A stretch of 63,992 nucleotides of DNA, the filler included, from Octopus bimaculoides (lineage: Eukaryota), in NCBI RefSeq assembly GCF_001194135.2. It is 7 parts of 7 records of this genome, joined end to end, with 100 filler letters (N's around TTAATTAATTAA, not from the genome) between each part and the next. Parts side by side here need not be neighbours in the genome. Positions count along the whole stretch, not along the records: positions 16,336 to 42,942 come from NC_069000.1; positions 43,043 to 58,492 come from NC_068981.1; 5 more parts are not named here. One strand, given 5' to 3'. How positions within the stretch are numbered: position 1 is the stretch's first letter; the number at the start of each line of letters is the position of its first letter. A program made the translations under genes and the position numbers. The notes beneath the pieces were generated by a model. The model saw only the letters and a program-made list of their open reading frames with translations. It had not been told where the DNA came from and searched no databases. Positions 38,899 through 52,652 of this stretch are shown in pieces.

Positions 38899-39258
38899 GG
38901 GTGTTGTACAATTTGTGTGTGTATGTATGTATGTATGTATTTGTGAGTGCGTGATTTTATGTGTGCATGTGTTTGTGTTTATTCCACCCCCTCCTTTTTA
39001 TTATGCTTATTTGTATCATCGCTTCAGCCACATCCGGTAGAATGGAATGTAGCTTGCTTTAATTACATCAAAGATCTTTTTTTTTCTTTATTGAACAGAA
39101 GCACGCAATTTACCCCCAGACAACACCCCCAGCCTCTTCACCTAACTAAAAACAACAACAACAACAAAACAACGACAAAGACGTTAACAGGATGGTGCCT
39201 TTATAAAATGCTAATAACAGCCAACATCTTCGAATTACTCCCTGCCGACTCTTTTTAG

Positions 39259-39301
39259 AAAATGGATACATCGGACGATGTCCTCCTGGGGTTCTACTCA
39301 G
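39259..39301 (+). CDS. Candidate 43-nt exon (twin 2)
   Basis: gccgactctttttag|AAA ATG GAT...TAC TCA G|gtaaga; KMDTSDDVLLGFYS(G) in phase 0-1; open in all three frames. Confidence 0.5.
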
Positions 39302-39799
39302 GTAAGATAAAGACGGGAATGTCACGGCTGGAATGCTACTGGGTCACAGGTTCCCGCCTCACTGAGAGCTGACCGGGATCGAAACAGCAACGACTCACAT
39401 CACCATCTACACCACCACCACCACCACCACCACCACTAACAACAACAAAGTCAAAAAGACACAGAAATGTCTATTAAATAGGTTGCTCGAATTGCTAGAT
39501 ATAGTAGCGAAACCGCTCTCAAATCGTATTCTATCATCTTGATAAAGAGCAGGACATAGTGGATGAAATAGTCCAAGATGTACCTCGTAAATAGACAGGA
39601 TGGTCATGGCTAGAACGCCTTTGATCATAGATCTGCTCAATCAAGTCGCGGTTGATCATGGACTAGACAGAAATCAGGAGAGCAAAGAAAAAAAACAAAG
39701 AAATGAATAAAAAATAAGAGGATTTGGCAAATGGAAACTGAACGAAGCCCACCGCATATATATAGCTATATAAATGTGCGCACGCGCGCGCGCGCGTGT

Positions 39800-39990
39800 G
39801 TGTGTGCTGTTTGTCCTCGACTATTCCTTAACAACTGGTGCTGGCTTGCTTATGTTCTTGTAACTTAACGGTTCGGCAAAAATGTTCGATAAAATTAAGT
39901 GCCAGACTTTGAAATACGTACAGGGGGTCGATTTGTTCGACTTAACGCCTTCCCGCGGTCCAGTCACTGAAACAAGCAAAAGAAAAAATC
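39800..39990 (+). mobile_element. SINE family B 3' half
   Basis: GTAACTTAACGGTTCGGCAAAA...GGGGTCGATTTGTTCGACT...CAGTCACTGAAACAAG. Confidence 0.7.
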
Positions 39991-41349
39991 ATTTTTGCGA
40001 TGAGAAGGTGCAGGGGTTTGAGAATAAAGAAAGAAAGAAAGGTAAAAAGAAATAAAGCAAGGTAAAAAGAAAGAAAGAAAGGAAGAAAGAAAGGAAGGAA
40101 GAAGGAAAGAAGGAAGAAGGAAAGAAGGAAGACCACTGATGAAGGGCAAGTGATGGAACCTCTATATCGTAGTCCTTGACGTTGTGCAATACTTACAATG
40201 GGTTGGTAGGGGAACGTGTATGTATATATATGTTTGTGCGTGTATGTGAGTATCTGTCTTTAAGTGATTATGTGCATATGACTGTGAAGGGGTACTATGC
40301 GGCCTGTCATCTTACTTTGTTAAAAGGCGAGCAACAGGACTATATTTAAGTGCGAGTAAAAATTGCTATCTTCGCTTCTAAAAGGGACAACACTATAATT
40401 TGAGCGAGCGAAAAGGTGTATACATATACATACATACATATANNNNNNNNNNNNNNNNNNNNNNNNNNNNNNNNNNNNNNNNNNNNNNNNNNNNNNNNNN
40501 NNNNNNNNNNNNNNNNNNNNNNNNNNNNNNNNNNNNNNNNNNNNNNNNNNNNNNNNNNNNNNNNNNNNNNNNNNNNNNNNNNNNNNNNNNNNNNNNNNNN
40601 NNNNNNNNNNNNNNNNNNNNNNNNNNNNNNNNNNNNNNNNNNNNNNNNNNNNNNNNNNNNNNNNNNNNNNNNNNNNNNNNNNNNNNNNNNNNNNNNNNNN
40701 NNNNNNNNNNNNNNNNNNNNNNNNNNNNNNNNNNNNNNNNNNNNNNNNNNNNNNNNNNNNNNNNNNNNNNNNNNNNNNNNNNNNNNNNNNNNNNNNNNNN
40801 NNNNNNNNNNNNNNNNNNNNNNNNNNNNNNNNNNNNNNNNNNNNNNNNNNNNNNNNNNNNNNNNNNNNNNNNNNNNNNNNNNNNNNNNNNNNNNNNNNNN
40901 NNNNNNNNNNNNNNNNNNNNNNNNNNNNNNNNNNNNNNNNNNNNNNNNNNNNNNNNNNNNNNNNNNNNNNNNNNNNNNNNNNNNNNNNNNNNNNNNNNNN
41001 NNNNNNNNNNNNNNNNNNNNNNNNNNNNNNNNNNNNNNNNNNNNNNNNNNNNNNNNNNNNNNNNNNNNNNNNNNNNNNNNNNNNNNNNNNNNNNNNNNNN
41101 NNNNNNNNNNNNNNNNNNNNNNNNNNNNNNNNNNNNNNNNNNNNNNNNNNNNNNNNNNNNNNNNNNNNNNNNNNNNNNNNNNNNNNNNNNNNNNNNNNNN
41201 NNNNNNNNNNNNNNNNNNNNNNNNNNNNNNNNNNNNNNNNNNNNNNNNNNNNNNNNNNNNNNNNNNNNNNNNNNNNNNNNNNNNNNNNNNNNNNNNNNNN
41301 NNNNNNNNNNNNNNNNNNNNNNNNNNNNNNNNNNNNNNNNNNNNNNNNN

Positions 41350-41384
<35 letters not shown>

Positions 41385-41385
<1 letters not shown>

Positions 41386-41790
41386 TATTAGAGATACTCG
41401 GCGTTGCCCGTATCACATGGAATTGAAGAGTTAGACTATTATTTCATATTTTCTCTAATGAACTGGAATATCTATGATTTGAATTTCATCAAAATTGGAG
41501 ATCAAGAATTTTAATGAGGGGTCTTTCCCCTTTTACACACCCTAACAAAAATTGTAATCATGACATATTTATTCCATACTACTCATCTTTATGCCCAGAT
41601 TCCAAAATCCAAATCTTATAAAACCTATTCAAAGGTTTTTGTTCCTGAAAAATGGAGGACATGGAGCTCTAAAATGTGGAATTTAAGATCCCTATTAGGT
41701 GGTGGTGGTGGTGGAGGGCCTTTACTCCATCATTTTAGAACTCCAAGTGCGCCATGTGCTCCATTTTTCAGGAGCAAAATCCTTTGAATT
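41385..41790 (-). mobile_element. Decayed Helitron-like non-autonomous element
   Basis: Minus strand ACGGGCAACGCCGAGT resembles the hairpin at 43339-43354, next to a degenerate terminus; internal inverted repeat at about 41630-41665 and 41755-41787. Confidence 0.4.
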
Positions 41791-42328
41791 GGTTTCATAA
41801 GATTTCAGCATTAACATTGACAGGACACAGTATTTGTAATTTCATTTGACTTTTATTTACTGATATTCTAATCAGAAAATGTCTACTAAAAAGAGACAGG
41901 CAAAAAACGAACAGCAAATAAACGCACTACATGCAATAGAAAACGAGGATGAGACACGCGCAAACCTAAATCTGTAGTCGTAGTCTCACCCTGGTTCAGT
42001 TTCGAAACTGAATCTTACAATTCTCCTTGGGCATACAGCCTATCCAAATGTGAAAAGAAACCATGAGAAATGGGTCTTCCACTTCCCCTGTGGCCTTCTC
42101 AGTGCCATCGCATAGTCACCTGGATTCCCTAAAGCTATCCTTCTACATGATACAGTTATTCTAGCTTCATTCACGATATACCGCCTGTTCAAACGTCAAA
42201 AGGAACAGAGACAAATGGTTGTTCCACTTGACCTGTAACCTTTTCAGTGCCATCACAGTTACCTGCATTACGTAAAGCTATTCTTCTATATGATATACCC
42301 ATTTTTTCTCGCCTCTCAGTTCTGATAT

Positions 42329-42858
42329 GAGCATTAATAAAAGTCAGGACCAAACACTAAAAGTTGCTGGATTGCAGCTTGAAGAACAAACAGAAGTTTA
42401 TATATGAAATCCATCTTTTTTCTACTTCAATTGTTATATGTTTTTCTCTTATATATTACACTCATACAATACGAGTAAACCTAAATCTGACTGACAGGAC
42501 ACAGCATTTGTAATTTCATTGCAATATTGCTTACTGTTGCCTTGCCGTCTATTTCTGTAATATAGCGTCCAGTTATACCATCTGATGTCCCATTCAAATT
42601 TAAGCCATTACAGTTTCCTATCCCACTTTCTTTTCCCATGAGCATTAATAAAAGTCAGGGCCAAACACTAAAAGTTGCTGGATTACAATTTGAAGAACAA
42701 ACAGAAATTCGTATATGAAATCCATCTTTTTTCTACTTCAATTACGACATGTTTTTCTCTTATATAATACACGCATACAAGACGAGTAAACCTAAATCTG
42801 ACTGACAGGACACAGAATTTTAAATTTCATTGGACTATTGCTTACTGTTGCCTTGCCT
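42329..42858 (+). repeat. Direct duplication, two ~220-bp copies 310 bp apart
   Basis: 42329-42548 and 42639-42858 align throughout with scattered substitutions; TGACAGGACACAG.ATTTGTAATTTCATT also occurs at about 41817. Confidence 0.9.
42572..42700 (+). mobile_element. Helitron RepHel PIF1-helicase C-terminal fragment
   Basis: VIPSDVPFKFKPLQFPIPLSFPMSINKSQGQTLKVAGLQFEEQ (QFP.RL.FAMSINKSQGQTL motif); second copy MSINKSQDQTLKVAGLQLEEQ at about 42327. Confidence 0.88.
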
Positions 42859-42900
42859 TCCATTCCATAATACATATATATAGGTAGATATATACATACA

Positions 42901-42942
<42 letters not shown>

Positions 42943-43042
42943 NNNNNNNNNNNNNNNNNNNNNNNNNNNNNNNNNNNNNNNNNNNNTTAATTAATTAANN
43001 NNNNNNNNNNNNNNNNNNNNNNNNNNNNNNNNNNNNNNNNNN
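42943..43042. other. Artificial scaffold linker N44-TTAATTAATTAA-N44
   Basis: 12-mer at 42987-42998. Confidence 0.97.
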
Positions 43043-43338
43043 ATACTTAAGACTTCGTTGTGATCTGAACAGAACCGCTTCTGACACAGAGAATCGGGAG
43101 CCCTTTTGGTCATTCTATTTTTCTTGCTGGAAGGGTTCCTAACCCATGAGCAAAGAGGGGTTAGATGATGGAGGTGGTGTTTTCAAAGGGATGGCATGTG
43201 TAACCTGATCGTCTCTGCCGATCAAACTCTCAACCCATGCGCTCCAGTTGCAACATTGATTCTGCCCAAATTTGACGTCATGTTACTTAGTTTGGTTTAA
43301 AATGAAGAACTTGATTAGCTTAATAATCCCAACTCAAT

Positions 43339-43366
43339 CCCGGGCAAAGCCGGGCTATACTGCTAG
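43339..43366 (+). mobile_element. Canonical Helitron 3' terminus
   Basis: CCCGG-GCAAAG-CCGGG hairpin, 8 nt spacer, CTAG|T. Confidence 0.75.
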
Positions 43367-45054
43367 TATATATATATATATGGATAATACCAAGTGGACT
43401 TCCCCTTTTTCTCTCTCCTGCTTATCTCTCTTTTTCTTTTTTCTTGATGATTTCTTCTTTGTGATATAATCTTGAGAAAGAATATATTTGCGGCTGAAGA
43501 TAGCTTTATACCATCCTATCTATCAATTATATACCCATATAATGATGCAACGACTGTTTGTGTATAAAGCATGAAACACGTGTACCGCGGAATCCTTTGT
43601 GTTCTGTTTTAATTTTACGTTTTTAATTTATTCTTTCACCTCGGCCACTATCTGNNNNNNNNNNTATATATATATATATATTTACCCCAAAATGTTTTCC
43701 ACCATATTAAAATGTGGCCTGCTCGATGTGTCTATAAATACTTTCGATTTTCAACTTATTTTACTTAGTTGCCTTCCACCCCAATGGCAAACATGTCGGC
43801 TGATGATACGTTATATAACATTGGTGTTTGTGTGTTTTGTTTCTTGTAGTTGTTGTCAACATAATATTACGTTTGCGCTCGTTGTTGGTGGGTGACCTTA
43901 CTTTGTTTGAGTTTTATTTTATTCCTTCTCTGTAGTGACCGATTATGGGTAGAGGGCGTTGTTAAACCCGTACTGAATGCATGTCTGTATAACCTTCCAT
44001 TGCTTGTTACTGTAAGTTGTAAGTCCCCACGGTAGTACTGCAGAGAGCTAGGTGGACGGAGTCGTTGGAAGTCAAGTGTTCTCGTCTGCGAAACGATTTA
44101 CTTCTTCTCACAATAGTTGAACCTTGAACTAGCAGATCGTCTTACTACCAAGTCAGTCGGCTGTAATCGTCACCATATTCCTCACTAACAATTGATAAAA
44201 TAAGCTTTCTTTAAAGCGATAATGTTTCAAAACAGTAATAATGGTTGGCTCCTTCAGCAAAAAAAACTGAATTCTTATCTTAAACAATTTCGACATTATT
44301 AAACTTCCAGTCTGTAAAATTCATAACAATTCCTTAGAAAATGAACAAATGAGAACGGAACATCAAAAGACTTTGATGGCAATTAAAAAAAAAAAGTTAA
44401 AATATTCTCCCTGTAAGCGTCAGAGATAATTCTGAAATGACACAGAAAATGAACAATAAATACTCGCTCTTCAACAATATCTCCACCAAAAACTCTCTCT
44501 TCACAATCACACTAAAGTTTTGTTCTTACACAAAATTAAAACCTTTCTTCTTTTATGCGGCCCATTGTTATTTCTTTCATTTGATCTTTTTACATTCTCA
44601 AGGATTTTTATTACTATTTCTATATATTTTTATTTATATATTTTTTTACACTTTGAAATCTCTTGTCTTTTAGATGTCTTTGTAGTAATAATAGATTGTA
44701 GATTACTTAGTGAAAGATTCACATAATTTTGTTATCCATTGTATATCGAAAGTATTTTGAAGTTAGACATTAATAAACTTCCGCCCTGTTACTCGACAGA
44801 TATTCTTAATTAAATCAGCCTACCTATAACATTTTCAATTTCACTAGCTTTTGCCTAATCTTTTGAACAGGAATGCAACAAGATTTTCAAAATTCTCCGC
44901 TTACATTCTGAAGCCAGACAACAAAGGCTTATTTACTGTAGTGTAAAACACAGCTTTGGTACTCCTTAAATCCTTTCTCCTCACTTACACTAGTTTTAGC
45001 ACTTTTTTCTCGTTTACTATTAACCATTTTTTATATTTTTTTTTCTTTTTACAG

Positions 45055-45094
45055 AATGGCGTTAAAGTGAAAGGAATATTGGATGGAGGATTAA
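45055..45094 (+). CDS. Candidate 40-nt exon (phase 0-1)
   Basis: Very strong acceptor tttttttttctttttacag|AAT GGC GTT...TTA A|gtgaat; NGVKVKGILDGGL; the other two frames have stops. Confidence 0.35.
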
Positions 45095-45134
45095 GTGAAT
45101 TCCAGTGATTACTTTCATGCTTCTTGTAAAAGTG

Positions 45135-45445
45135 TCTGGTTTAGTAGTCACGGCATTCGACTGATAATTATTAGTTCGATTCTCGGCAGTGTGTTGTGTT
45201 CTTGAGCCAGACACTTCATTTCACGTTGCTTCAGTCCAATCAGATGACAAAAGTGAGTCGTACCTGTAATTCAAAGGGCCAGCCTCCTCATCAGTGTCTC
45301 GTTGAATCTCTCTGAGAACTACGTTAAGGGTACACGAGTCCGTGGAGTACCCAGCCACTTGCACTTTAATTTCACGAGCAGGCTGTACCGTTGACCGGCT
45401 CAGCTGGAACCCTCGTCGTCGAAATGGACGGAGCACCAGCTTTAG
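45135..45445 (+). mobile_element. tRNA-head SINE (family E), near full length
   Basis: CTGGTTTAGTAG (A box), GTTCGATTCT (B box), GTTGTGTTCTTGAGCCAGACACTTCATTTCAC core. Confidence 0.65.
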
Positions 45446-46283
45446 ATTCATGCTCTAGTTTTGAGTTCATTCTCTACAGAGACTGATTTTTGTCATTTAT
45501 CTTTTAGACCCACGAAAAAAGAACTACTTGGATTAATACAGTTATAAGAACATGTGTATAATTATTTATTTATTTATTTATTTATTTATATATTTCTGCG
45601 GACGGAACGATTGCGAACCAAAATCACGAAGTATAACGGTAATTGCAAGCGTATTTCCTCTCTTATTAAATTCAAATCAAGTTTGAAAAATTAATCCTGA
45701 TATTCTCCAAGTCAAAACAAATCCACTAAGTAAATAAATACATAAATAACTAAAACAACAAAATAAATAAATATATAAATGGAGAAAGAAAGAAAGTGAG
45801 GAATCGGATGGTTTCGGAAATACAATAACTATGATTAAATATTATTCCATCTTTCTATTGTAGAATACAGTTTTAAAATACAGAACGTGAATTTTAGTCT
45901 TTACATAATATTAATTCACAACCATATCTCCCCACCTCTCCCTTCTCTCTCTCCCTTTTCTCTCTCCCTTTTCTCTCTCCCTTTCTCTCTCTCCCTTCTC
46001 TCTCTCCCTTTCTCTCTCTCCTCTCTCTTTCTCTCTCTCGTGATCCATTCTTCTTCCTTTCACGTTTCTCTCAAATACTCTCATTTTCTTCTAATTCTTT
46101 CGTAATATCATATTCTATTCCTCTTCATCCCTTTTTGTATTTTCTCGATTATTCTATAACGGTAATTATTATTTTTTCGCTTTTCTCGCCCTCGCCCTCG
46201 TCCTCTTGCCGAATCCTCACAAAATATCTACCCCACTCACCCATTCGGGTTTTCGTTATTTCTGATTATTCTTTGACTCTTTA

Positions 46284-46500
46284 AGGCGCCGAGCTGGCAG
46301 AATCGTTAGCAAACCGGGCAAAATCCTTAGCAGTATCTCGCCAGTCTTTACGTTCTGAGTTCAAATACCGCCGACGTTAGCTTTGATTTTCATCCTTTCG
46401 GGGTCGATAAAATAAGTACCAGTCTAGCACTGGGGTCGATACAATCGACTAGCCCCCTCCCCTAAAACTTAAGGCCTTGTGTCTATTTTAGAAAGGAATC
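46284..46500 (+). mobile_element. SINE family A
   Basis: AAGGCGCCGAGCTGGCAGAATCGTTAGC...CATCCTTTCGGGGTCGATAAAATAAGTACCAG. Confidence 0.9.
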
Positions 46501-46630
46501 TTTGACATTTTCCGCATCTATCAGTTCTCCCCTACCCCGCCCCCGTTACTTTAGTTTCTTTCCCCTTGTTTCAATTACACATTAATTTGTTCTAATTGGT
46601 GTTTTGCTTTATTTGTTTATAACCACGTTG

Positions 46631-46676
<46 letters not shown>

Positions 46677-46687
46677 TTATAACAATT

Positions 46688-46949
46688 GCAGCGTGGAAGA
46701 TGTTTGTAAGCCATTTAAGAACACACAAAAAAACTCATTAGATTCACTTCAAAATTTAATTTCTGTCAAAATATTTTCGTCGCTTTGAAACCGCGACCTC
46801 TTCACTGACAAAACTTTGTGCTGCGCGTGATGCAGCACGAAGTATTGTCATTGAACAGGTCGCGGTTTCAAAGCGACGAAAATATTTCGACAGTGAAACT
46901 AACGGTTTTTGTGTGTTTTCAAATGGTTTATAAACAACTTCCACACGGC
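46688..46949. mobile_element. ~260-bp palindromic MITE-like element with two inverted hammerhead-like motifs
   Basis: 46763-46799 and 46857-46893 are 36/37 inverted-identical; pairing continues inward to a 7-nt loop (46825-46831) and outward to 46688/46949. Confidence 0.85.
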
Positions 46950-47423
46950 AATTCTTTATGTTTCAGCACAAGATCTCAGATCAAGTCACTTGCTATGCAA
47001 GTACATCTCCGTAAATATATATACATATAGCTAGTTGTAAAATCTCAAGAAGAGATCAAAGTAGTAACTATACTAACAAATCAAAGTAGCTGTTCTATGT
47101 TACAAGTTTAACCCTAGGCAGATCTTCTGCCAGCTGGTTATCGGTGTGAGGCTGCACTCTTTATATACAATATATATTGCTAGCAGGGGGTGCGAACCAC
47201 TACCATCCTCTAGCAGACAACAGGGTCGCCAGACTGACTCTGTTTCAAGCTGGCTGGCTCATCCTCGGCTGCTCGTGACTGAGGAAAGACCAACCAGCTC
47301 GTATGTATGTATGTATGTATGTATGTATGTATGTATGTATGTATGTATGTATGTGGGTATGCATGTATGGATGCATGTATGTATGTACGTATGTCTATAT
47401 ATGTATGTATGTATGTATGTATA

Positions 47424-47474
<51 letters not shown>

Positions 47475-47780
47475 GAGAGATGAGAGACAGCTATTCTCCG
47501 TATAGAATACACATTGTAGTGCAAGGATAAGCAAGGCAGTCACACGGAGGCTGGTGGTATCTGATGATGCAATCAATGTAGAGTCATTATTTCGGACGAC
47601 CAAATACAGAAACCGTTGTTAGACTCGTAAAACTCTTCTTCAAGCCCTTCAATCCTTGAATTCCTGATATCATTCCTATCCTATTCTGTGTAATTCGGAC
47701 GTTTTTATATGTATACTTTTTTGTATTTTTTGTATTAAATACAATTTTTTGTATATCGACTTGCCTAACTTGCTTGTCTT

Positions 47781-47823
<43 letters not shown>

Positions 47824-47992
47824 CGAGCGAACTACAATACTCNNNNNNNNNNNNNNNNNNNNNNNNNNNNNNNNNNNNNNNNNNNNNNNNNNNNNNNNNN
47901 NNNNNNNNNNNNNNNNNNNNNNNNNNNNNNNNNNNNNNNNNNNNNNNNNNNNNNNNNNNNNNNNNNNNCACACACATATATATGTGTGTGTG

Positions 47993-48043
<51 letters not shown>

Positions 48044-48236
48044 TACACGCATATATACACACCACACACACATATACACACATACATATACGTATATGTA
48101 TAGATGTATGTATATATGTAGGTATGTGTGTATGCGTGTGTTTGAGATTTTATTCAAGCTCAGCTTCCCTTATTTTTCTTTCTCTAATCCTCACACACAC
48201 ACAAACTCTCCCTCTCTCTTTCTCTCTCTCTCGCTC

Positions 48237-48273
<37 letters not shown>

Positions 48274-48649
48274 CTCACTCTCTCTCTTTCTTTCTTTCTC
48301 TCTTACTCTCTCGCTCTCTGTCTCTCTTTCTCTCTTACTCTCTTTCTCTCTCTCTCTCTTTTTCTCTCTGTCATCCTTGGTCTCTTTATATTACAAACTC
48401 GAATCCATATTCACTTTCGCTCTTCTTGCATTCCTCTCCACACTGGTTCTCTGTTGCCTTCCAATTCTTCTCGTTCCCGCCTCCGCCTACAAAAACAAAA
48501 AACGTAACCGATGCACACGGCACTATAATTTCACGTTCAGGAAGTTAAAACCTGACAAAGAAAATGTTTGACTGAGAGTCATTATAATCCGTGATTGATA
48601 GTTTTAGGAGAATATGTTCAATGATTATTGCCTCTCACCTCCGTTTGTT

Positions 48650-48772
48650 GATGATGATGATGACGATAACAATGATGATGATGACGATAACAATGATGAT
48701 GATGATGATAGTGGTGGTGATGCTTTTAGTGATGGTGATATTTACAATGACATGAACGATAGTGATGATGAC

Positions 48773-48822
<50 letters not shown>

Positions 48823-48860
48823 GGAGGAGGAGGAGGAGGAGGAGGAGGAGGAGGATGACA
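48650..48860. repeat. (GAT)n/(GAG)n compound repeat
   Basis: Imperfect GAT then GAG array. Confidence 0.9.
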
Positions 48861-48974
48861 TTGCCATCTCATCCCCCAGATTAGGATGTCTACCAACACA
48901 CAGATATATATATATCTTTACTCACTTTTACATACACATGTATGTATGTATGTATATATATATGTATTTGTGCG

Positions 48975-49225
48975 TCTGTGTTTGTTCCCCCACCATCGCT
49001 TGACAACCGATGTTGGTGTGTTTACTTCCCCGTAACTTAAAAGCGGTTCGGCAAAGAGACCAATAGTGGTGGTGATGCTTTTAGTGATGGTGATATTTAC
49101 AATGACATGAACGATAGTGATGATGACGATGATGACGAGGCTTACAAAGAATAAGTCCTGGAGTCGATTTGCTCGACTAAAGGCGGTGCTCCAGCATGGC
49201 CGCAGTCAAATGACTGAAACACGTA
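48975..49225 (+). mobile_element. SINE family B 3' half with a 73-nt local insert
   Basis: CATCGCTTGACAACCGATG...GGTTCGGCAAAGAGACC[insert]AGGCTTACAAAGAATAAGTCC...GACTGAAAC. Confidence 0.85.
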
Positions 49226-49254
49226 AATGAAAAAATATAATAAAAGAATATTAC

Positions 49255-49430
49255 TGAAGCAAGAAGACGATAATTGCAGAAGACAAAACGAAAGACCCTA
49301 GAATTTGATAACAAAGAACCGTTTGGAAACAGAATGACTGCCAGAGTGGAGATGAAAGAAACTGAGAAATTTTAGAAATAGCAGGACCTTCCTCTGGAAA
49401 TGAAAAGATTGTGGAAGGCTAAGCAGTCCT
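49255..49430 (+). mobile_element. R4/Dong-type RLE C-terminal fragment, highly decayed
   Basis: VEMKETEKF*K*QDLPLEMKRLWKAK resembles KExEKIEKYQDLxxEIKRLW. Confidence 0.5.
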
Positions 49431-49784
49431 TCCTGTCCGTCAGCCACACAAATGTTTCTTGATTTGTTTAACCTGTTAATACGCGTCTGTGCAGCCGGAT
49501 GGATTTTTAAAAGAGTTTCTTTCTACTTTGGAAGAATGCTATTTGTTCTGTGGTAATTGATGCTCTTCACATGAACTGTTATGTAAAAGACCTATACATA
49601 CTGGAACTGAGATTCGTATTGTCGACCTGCAGAAAAGGGACCATCCTGTTTTCAACAAGCGTCCAAAAAAGGATATTTAAGATTCGAGGAGTATTATTGC
49701 CATCAAATCTCAAGACAACATCCCTGTTAATTAAATTACCAGGTAATAGTTTATGAATAATGCCGTTTCCCAATTTTGACACAA

Positions 49785-51256
<1,472 letters not shown>

Positions 51257-51257
<1 letters not shown>

Positions 51258-51323
51258 GATGATGATGACAATGATGATGATGACAATGATGATGATGTTG
51301 ACGATGGCGACGACGACGACGAC

Positions 51324-51354
<31 letters not shown>

Positions 51355-51359
51355 GTGAC

Positions 51360-51394
<35 letters not shown>

Positions 51395-51396
51395 CA

Positions 51397-51427
<31 letters not shown>

Positions 51428-51665
51428 CGACGACGACGATGATGATGACGATGATGATGATGACGACNNNNNNNNNNNNNNNNNNNNNNNNNNNNNNNNN
51501 NNNNNNNNNNNNNNNNNNNNNNNNNNNNNNNNNNNNNNNNNNNNNNNNNNNNNNNNNNNNNNNNNNNNNNNNNNNNNNNNNNNNNNNNNNNNNNNNNNNN
51601 NNNNNNNNNNNNNNNNNNNNNNNNNNNNNNNNNNNNNNNNNNTGATGATGATGATGATGATGACA

Positions 51666-51699
<34 letters not shown>

Positions 51700-51800
51700 C
51701 GACGACGACGACGATGATGACGATGATGATGATGACGATGATGATGATGATGATGACGACGACGACGACGACGACGATGATGATGATGATGATGATGACA

Positions 51801-51837
<37 letters not shown>

Positions 51838-51880
51838 CGACGACGACGATGATGATGACGATGATGATGATGACGACGAT
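51257..51880. repeat. (GAT/GAC)n array spanning a gap
   Basis: Long imperfect trinucleotide array. Confidence 0.95.
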
Positions 51881-52590
51881 GATATTTCTTGTAATGATTT
51901 TTCTACAAGGACTTATTCACACATGCAACAACTCGTTACAAAAAAAAACAAAAAAACAAAAAGGAAGGAAAAAACGTGTTAGCGAGATTTGTCGAGATGC
52001 ACATAAACGGTTATATAAAAAAAAACGAGGTGAGGGGGTTGTTAGTGAAGGGACCTTACACGATATGTTGAGGGCAAATTAAATATTACTAATATAAACA
52101 CAGATAAATTACACAAAAGAACTTTTCTGAGGTGTGATTAGTGGTGTTCATTACAATATTTAATCACTTCAATCGGCGTGAATGACAATTACCGTTTCAA
52201 ATTCACATTACAAGTTAAAATGTCAGGAATACAAAATTAATAAATGTTTATCTCCAGAAACCTTACGTGTGTTTCCCATTGAATAATAGTGTCGGGTTTG
52301 TCAGGTTTTTTTTTTATCTTTATGTTTTATTACGATGAAAAGGCGTTAACGTAAATTGTAAATGGCAATAAACGTGCGTGAAATTAATATTTTTGTTTTA
52401 GGTTTGTGTATGTTGTCTGCTGGCTACAGACGACGATGTGTGTGTTCATGTGTTTGCTTGTGTGTGTTGGAGTGAGGGAAAGAGAACAACATAGAGAGAC
52501 CAAGAGAAATGGAGAGAGAGAGGGGGAGGGAGAGGGAGAGGGAGAGGGAGAGGAAGAGAGAGAGATAGATAGATTGGGAGAGATAGATAG

Positions 52591-52652
<62 letters not shown>

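Noticed and set aside
49602-49626. Minus-strand 25-nt exon-like segment with strong signals
   Set aside because: Isolated and opposite to the other candidates in the segment.
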